Shown: piece by piece, positions 17,601-19,411 of the stretch | How positions within the stretch are numbered: position 1 is the stretch's first letter | How the letters are laid out: each line of letters begins with the position of its first letter | Origin: Planctomycetota bacterium | Lineage (GTDB): Bacteria; Planctomycetota; UBA1135 | NCBI GenBank assembly: GCA_045047305.1 | Contig: JASFYO010000086.1 | Span: 1 to 19,411, forward strand | DNA length: 19,411 nucleotides | Direction of reading: 5' to 3' | Notes under the pieces: model-generated | Seen by the model: only the letters and a program-made list of their open reading frames with translations | What the model was told of the DNA's origin: nothing | Databases searched by the model: none | Translations under genes and position numbers: made by a program

Positions 17601-19381
17601 ATCCCGACACTTTCCGTTTGGCAGGGGAGATGGGGGTGCATGTACTCACGCACTTGCTCGGTCAAACCACGGAAGAGATCACCGTCAAGATTGCGATTTA
17701 CCGTAAGGCATGGCGCGAGGCGGGGCACCCGGGATCGGGGCACGTCACCATGATGTTGCACACCATGTTAGGCGAAGACCGCGAGACTATGCGTGAAATG
17801 GCACGTGGTCCGATGTGCTCTTACCTCGCGAAGGCAGCGGATTTGTTGAAAGACCACATGTCGGCTTGGGCAGCGGTGCGTACGCCGATGAATAAGGGTA
17901 AGTTGGATACCGATTTCCATCTCGATGATTTAGAGGCGCAGGATATTCAGGACCTGCTCAATTTCGCTTATGAACGCTACTTTGAAACTAGTGCATTATT
18001 CGGTACGCCAGAATCCTGCAGCAAGATGATTGAAAAGCTGCGTGATTTGGAGGTCGATGAAGTGGCCTGCCTGATCGACTTCGGCGGTGATCCGGAGATC
18101 ATTTTGCAGCAACTTCCGTATCTGGAACAACTGAAGGCGCAAACCCAATCCGCAACCAGCATGGCCGATGGCCGCGAAAACCTGGAGGAGCTCATCGACG
18201 AGCATCGGGTTACGCACCTGCAATGCACCCCTTCCATGGCAACCATGTTGCTTGCCGAGCCGGCGATTGCAACGGCGCTTGGAAGTCTCGATGTGATGAT
18301 GGTAGGTGGGGAGGCCCTCACGGAGGATCTTGCCCAGCAATTGCGCGACATTGTCCCCGGTCGGGTGATGAATATGTACGGTCTTACCGAGACTGCAATT
18401 TGGTCCTCCACCGCCGACATTCTCTCCGACACCACCATGGTTAGCCTGGGGCAACCCTTGGCCAACAATCGCTTCTACGTGTTGGATCCGCACCTACAAC
18501 TGGTGCCTCCAGGACTCACTGGAGAGCTTTACATCGCAGGGCTTTGTGTCGCGCGCGGTTATCACGGACGTCCCGACCTCACTGCCGAAGCCTTCCTGCC
18601 CGATCCGTTTACTGCTGGAGGCACGATTTACAAGAGTGGCGATCAAGTGCGTCAACTCGAAGACGGCAGCATGCGTTTCCTCGGACGTGGGGATACTCAA
18701 GTCAAGGTCAATGGCTATCGCATTGAGCTGGGTGAAATCGAAGCGGCGTTACTGGCACATGAAGAGGTCGTGCAGTCGATCGCCTTAGTGGTGGAGAACA
18801 AGCTTGGAGTACGTGTGATTGTCGCGCATTATGTATTGCAGAAAGGCAGTCATTTGGAAGTGGAAGAGCTGCGTTCCTTTTTGCGTACCCGCTTGCCCGA
18901 ATACATGGTGCCGCGTGAATTCCATGCACACGAACGTTTTCCGCAAACCAATAACGGGAAAACCGATCGCAAGGCTTTAGCGCGCGGTGCTGCAAAGCCT
19001 GTAGCGGTTGTCATTCCGGTGGCGAGTGCGAAAGTAACTGCAGGGTCCGTCAAGTTCAGTCAGTCGGTTGGAGAATTGGAATCCTCCATCGAAAGCATTT
19101 GGCTCGACATTCTGGGGCATGAATCCCTTGATCGCAACGCTAACTTCTTTGACTTAGGCGGGCACTCCTTGCTCACCATTAGTTTGAAACGCATTTTGAA
19201 AGCGCAGTTTGACTTCGATGTTCCGCTCGTCGCCCTGTTCCGTCACTCTACGGTGCGTACTCTTGCGGCCTATTTGATTAGCGAACATGGATCGGAATCT
19301 CCCGTAACCACCGCACCTAAGAAAGAAAGCGCGGCCGCAAAACGGGCCGCGCTTCGGAAGTCGCGTCGAGGTCAGGCGTAG
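14672..19381 (+). CDS. Single-module NRPS: formyltransferase-like (degenerate) - partial C - A (Gly-type, interrupted by luciferase-like monooxygenase) - PCP, 1569 aa
   Basis: Fmt-like N-terminus (YLFSI, PLPRYSG, GVCWH, VRALDFGGYTN). A-domain cores LYAELN, YLPLDP, YTSGSTGDPKG, FDISV, NMYGLTE, GELYIAG, YKSGD, QVKVNGYRIELGEIE, LPEYMVP, NGKTDR. PCP FFDLGGHSL (Ser 19166-19168). ATG 14672 is chosen because the GTG at 14432 overlaps the PKS start and adds 80 non-domain residues. Confidence 0.94.
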   Translation: MDSNHHLDKLCCVLIGVDSLLLECAERLLSANFEVVAVLSDAPRVRDWAQAQGIEVLQAEDLLASQVEHLQCDYLFSITWLKGLPEFLRALPRVAALNIQDSPLPRYSGPHGPAWALMAGERHYGVCWHLAEAVVGEGGILKRIPVAIEADDTSLSLNMKCFEAALAGFEQLLPDLAAENLQTIAVDEKSRSRFGADQRPEHWGCLDWNQSAKQLEATVRALDFGGYTNAFCMAKVVFGEEAVGVSSAIAEPSQEKVAAGTILAASERGLVVATADGNLRLTELTSLRGADLEVMDWMASSNLRIGQVLSPRHAGFLTGLGALLPNIASSEAAWLHRLRACDTLSLGYDRAPDAAPDSKRKKYSVHVPNVFIDAFPAEDLRAALRTACLVHLSRLSRQACFRVRYADEALCERIDGFGALLSASIPLGVEFASEDSFEQILQSVDMQLDACRQLPPFLKDLQGRSPDEVSQAPTTLAEIGVVCGPTDPDPEGSSLVYRFDLDGSMWLEYAANRLAEDAVKAMAAQVETLLLALADDFETPIGQLQLLPDATRQLLLQDWNDSTRDLPEGRLVHEMIAERAAQMGDQVAVVAAGETLLYAELNQRADHLASYLASLGAGPDVMVGICMQRTTDMMVALLAILKSGAGYLPLDPDFPPSRLQYMVEDSGVNIVLSDRWSRSLVAESVERLISMDDPLPAFTPVTPIAAEPKNLAYAIYTSGSTGDPKGVMLEHEQVTNFFLGMDERLGTEAGVWLAVTSLSFDISVLELLWTLTVGYKIVLFEGFDRGTKAVQAPAPHEAGQLQFSLMLWGAEGGGPGGENPYRLMLDAARFGDTHNFTSIWIPERHFHEFGGPYPNPAVAASAIAAVTENIGIRAGSVVVPLHDPVLMAEDWSMVDNLSGGRVGLAIASGWHPNDFVLDPASFEDRKQVMKTRMGTLRSLWRGEPQVMENPIGEFPEIITRPRPVQAELPIWLTAAGNPDTFRLAGEMGVHVLTHLLGQTTEEITVKIAIYRKAWREAGHPGSGHVTMMLHTMLGEDRETMREMARGPMCSYLAKAADLLKDHMSAWAAVRTPMNKGKLDTDFHLDDLEAQDIQDLLNFAYERYFETSALFGTPESCSKMIEKLRDLEVDEVACLIDFGGDPEIILQQLPYLEQLKAQTQSATSMADGRENLEELIDEHRVTHLQCTPSMATMLLAEPAIATALGSLDVMMVGGEALTEDLAQQLRDIVPGRVMNMYGLTETAIWSSTADILSDTTMVSLGQPLANNRFYVLDPHLQLVPPGLTGELYIAGLCVARGYHGRPDLTAEAFLPDPFTAGGTIYKSGDQVRQLEDGSMRFLGRGDTQVKVNGYRIELGEIEAALLAHEEVVQSIALVVENKLGVRVIVAHYVLQKGSHLEVEELRSFLRTRLPEYMVPREFHAHERFPQTNNGKTDRKALARGAAKPVAVVIPVASAKVTAGSVKFSQSVGELESSIESIWLDILGHESLDRNANFFDLGGHSLLTISLKRILKAQFDFDVPLVALFRHSTVRTLAAYLISEHGSESPVTTAPKKESAAAKRAALRKSRRGQA
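17072..18142 (+). other. Luciferase-like FMN-dependent monooxygenase domain (MupA/Atu3671 natural-product type) embedded in the A domain
   Basis: WIPERHFHEFGGPYPNP, IRAGSVVVPLHDP, AEDWSMVDNLSGGRVG, SGWHPNDF, LPIWLTAAG and VDEVACLIDFG, lying between cores A4 (16949-16963) and A5 (18371-18391). Boundaries approximate. Confidence 0.9.
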
Positions 19382-19411
19382 TCTCCCGCCTTATTGCGCT
19401 GTGAATGTCGC

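Noticed and set aside
17209..18493. Antisense ORFs of 146-165 aa opposite the NRPS
   Set aside because: These are typical shadow ORFs of a GC-rich coding strand, with no motifs.
1..19411. Mobile elements, tRNA/rRNA, CRISPR arrays, intrinsic terminators
   Set aside because: No transposase or integrase ORFs, repeat-spacer arrays, RNA-gene patterns or hairpin-plus-U-tract sites were seen; non-coding space is minimal.

Overview
The window is a densely coding bacterial locus with nine supported CDSs in three transcription units. (1) A + strand operon (214-5361) encodes sugar-modification enzymes: a DegT/DnrJ/EryC1/StrS aminotransferase, a Gfo/Idh/MocA dehydrogenase, a hexapeptide-repeat acyltransferase, an FAD-dependent oxidoreductase and a CE4 polysaccharide deacetylase. 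(2) A - strand operon (14568-5310) encodes a single-module type I PKS with the non-canonical order KS-AT-KR-DH-ACP-TE, an EntD/Sfp-type phosphopantetheinyl transferase and a 711-aa polytopic membrane protein (DUF6077/GT-C-like). (3) A divergent single-module NRPS (14672-19381) has a formyltransferase-like domain with its catalytic His and Asp substituted, a half condensation domain, a glycine-type A domain interrupted by a luciferase-like monooxygenase, and a PCP. The best-supported hypothesis is a minimal NRPS->PKS line making a small oxidised glycine-derived acyl unit, possibly for decorating a surface glycan or glycolipid rather than for release as a free metabolite. All calls come from reading motifs by eye; no searches were run. 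No RNA genes, mobile elements or CRISPR arrays were seen.
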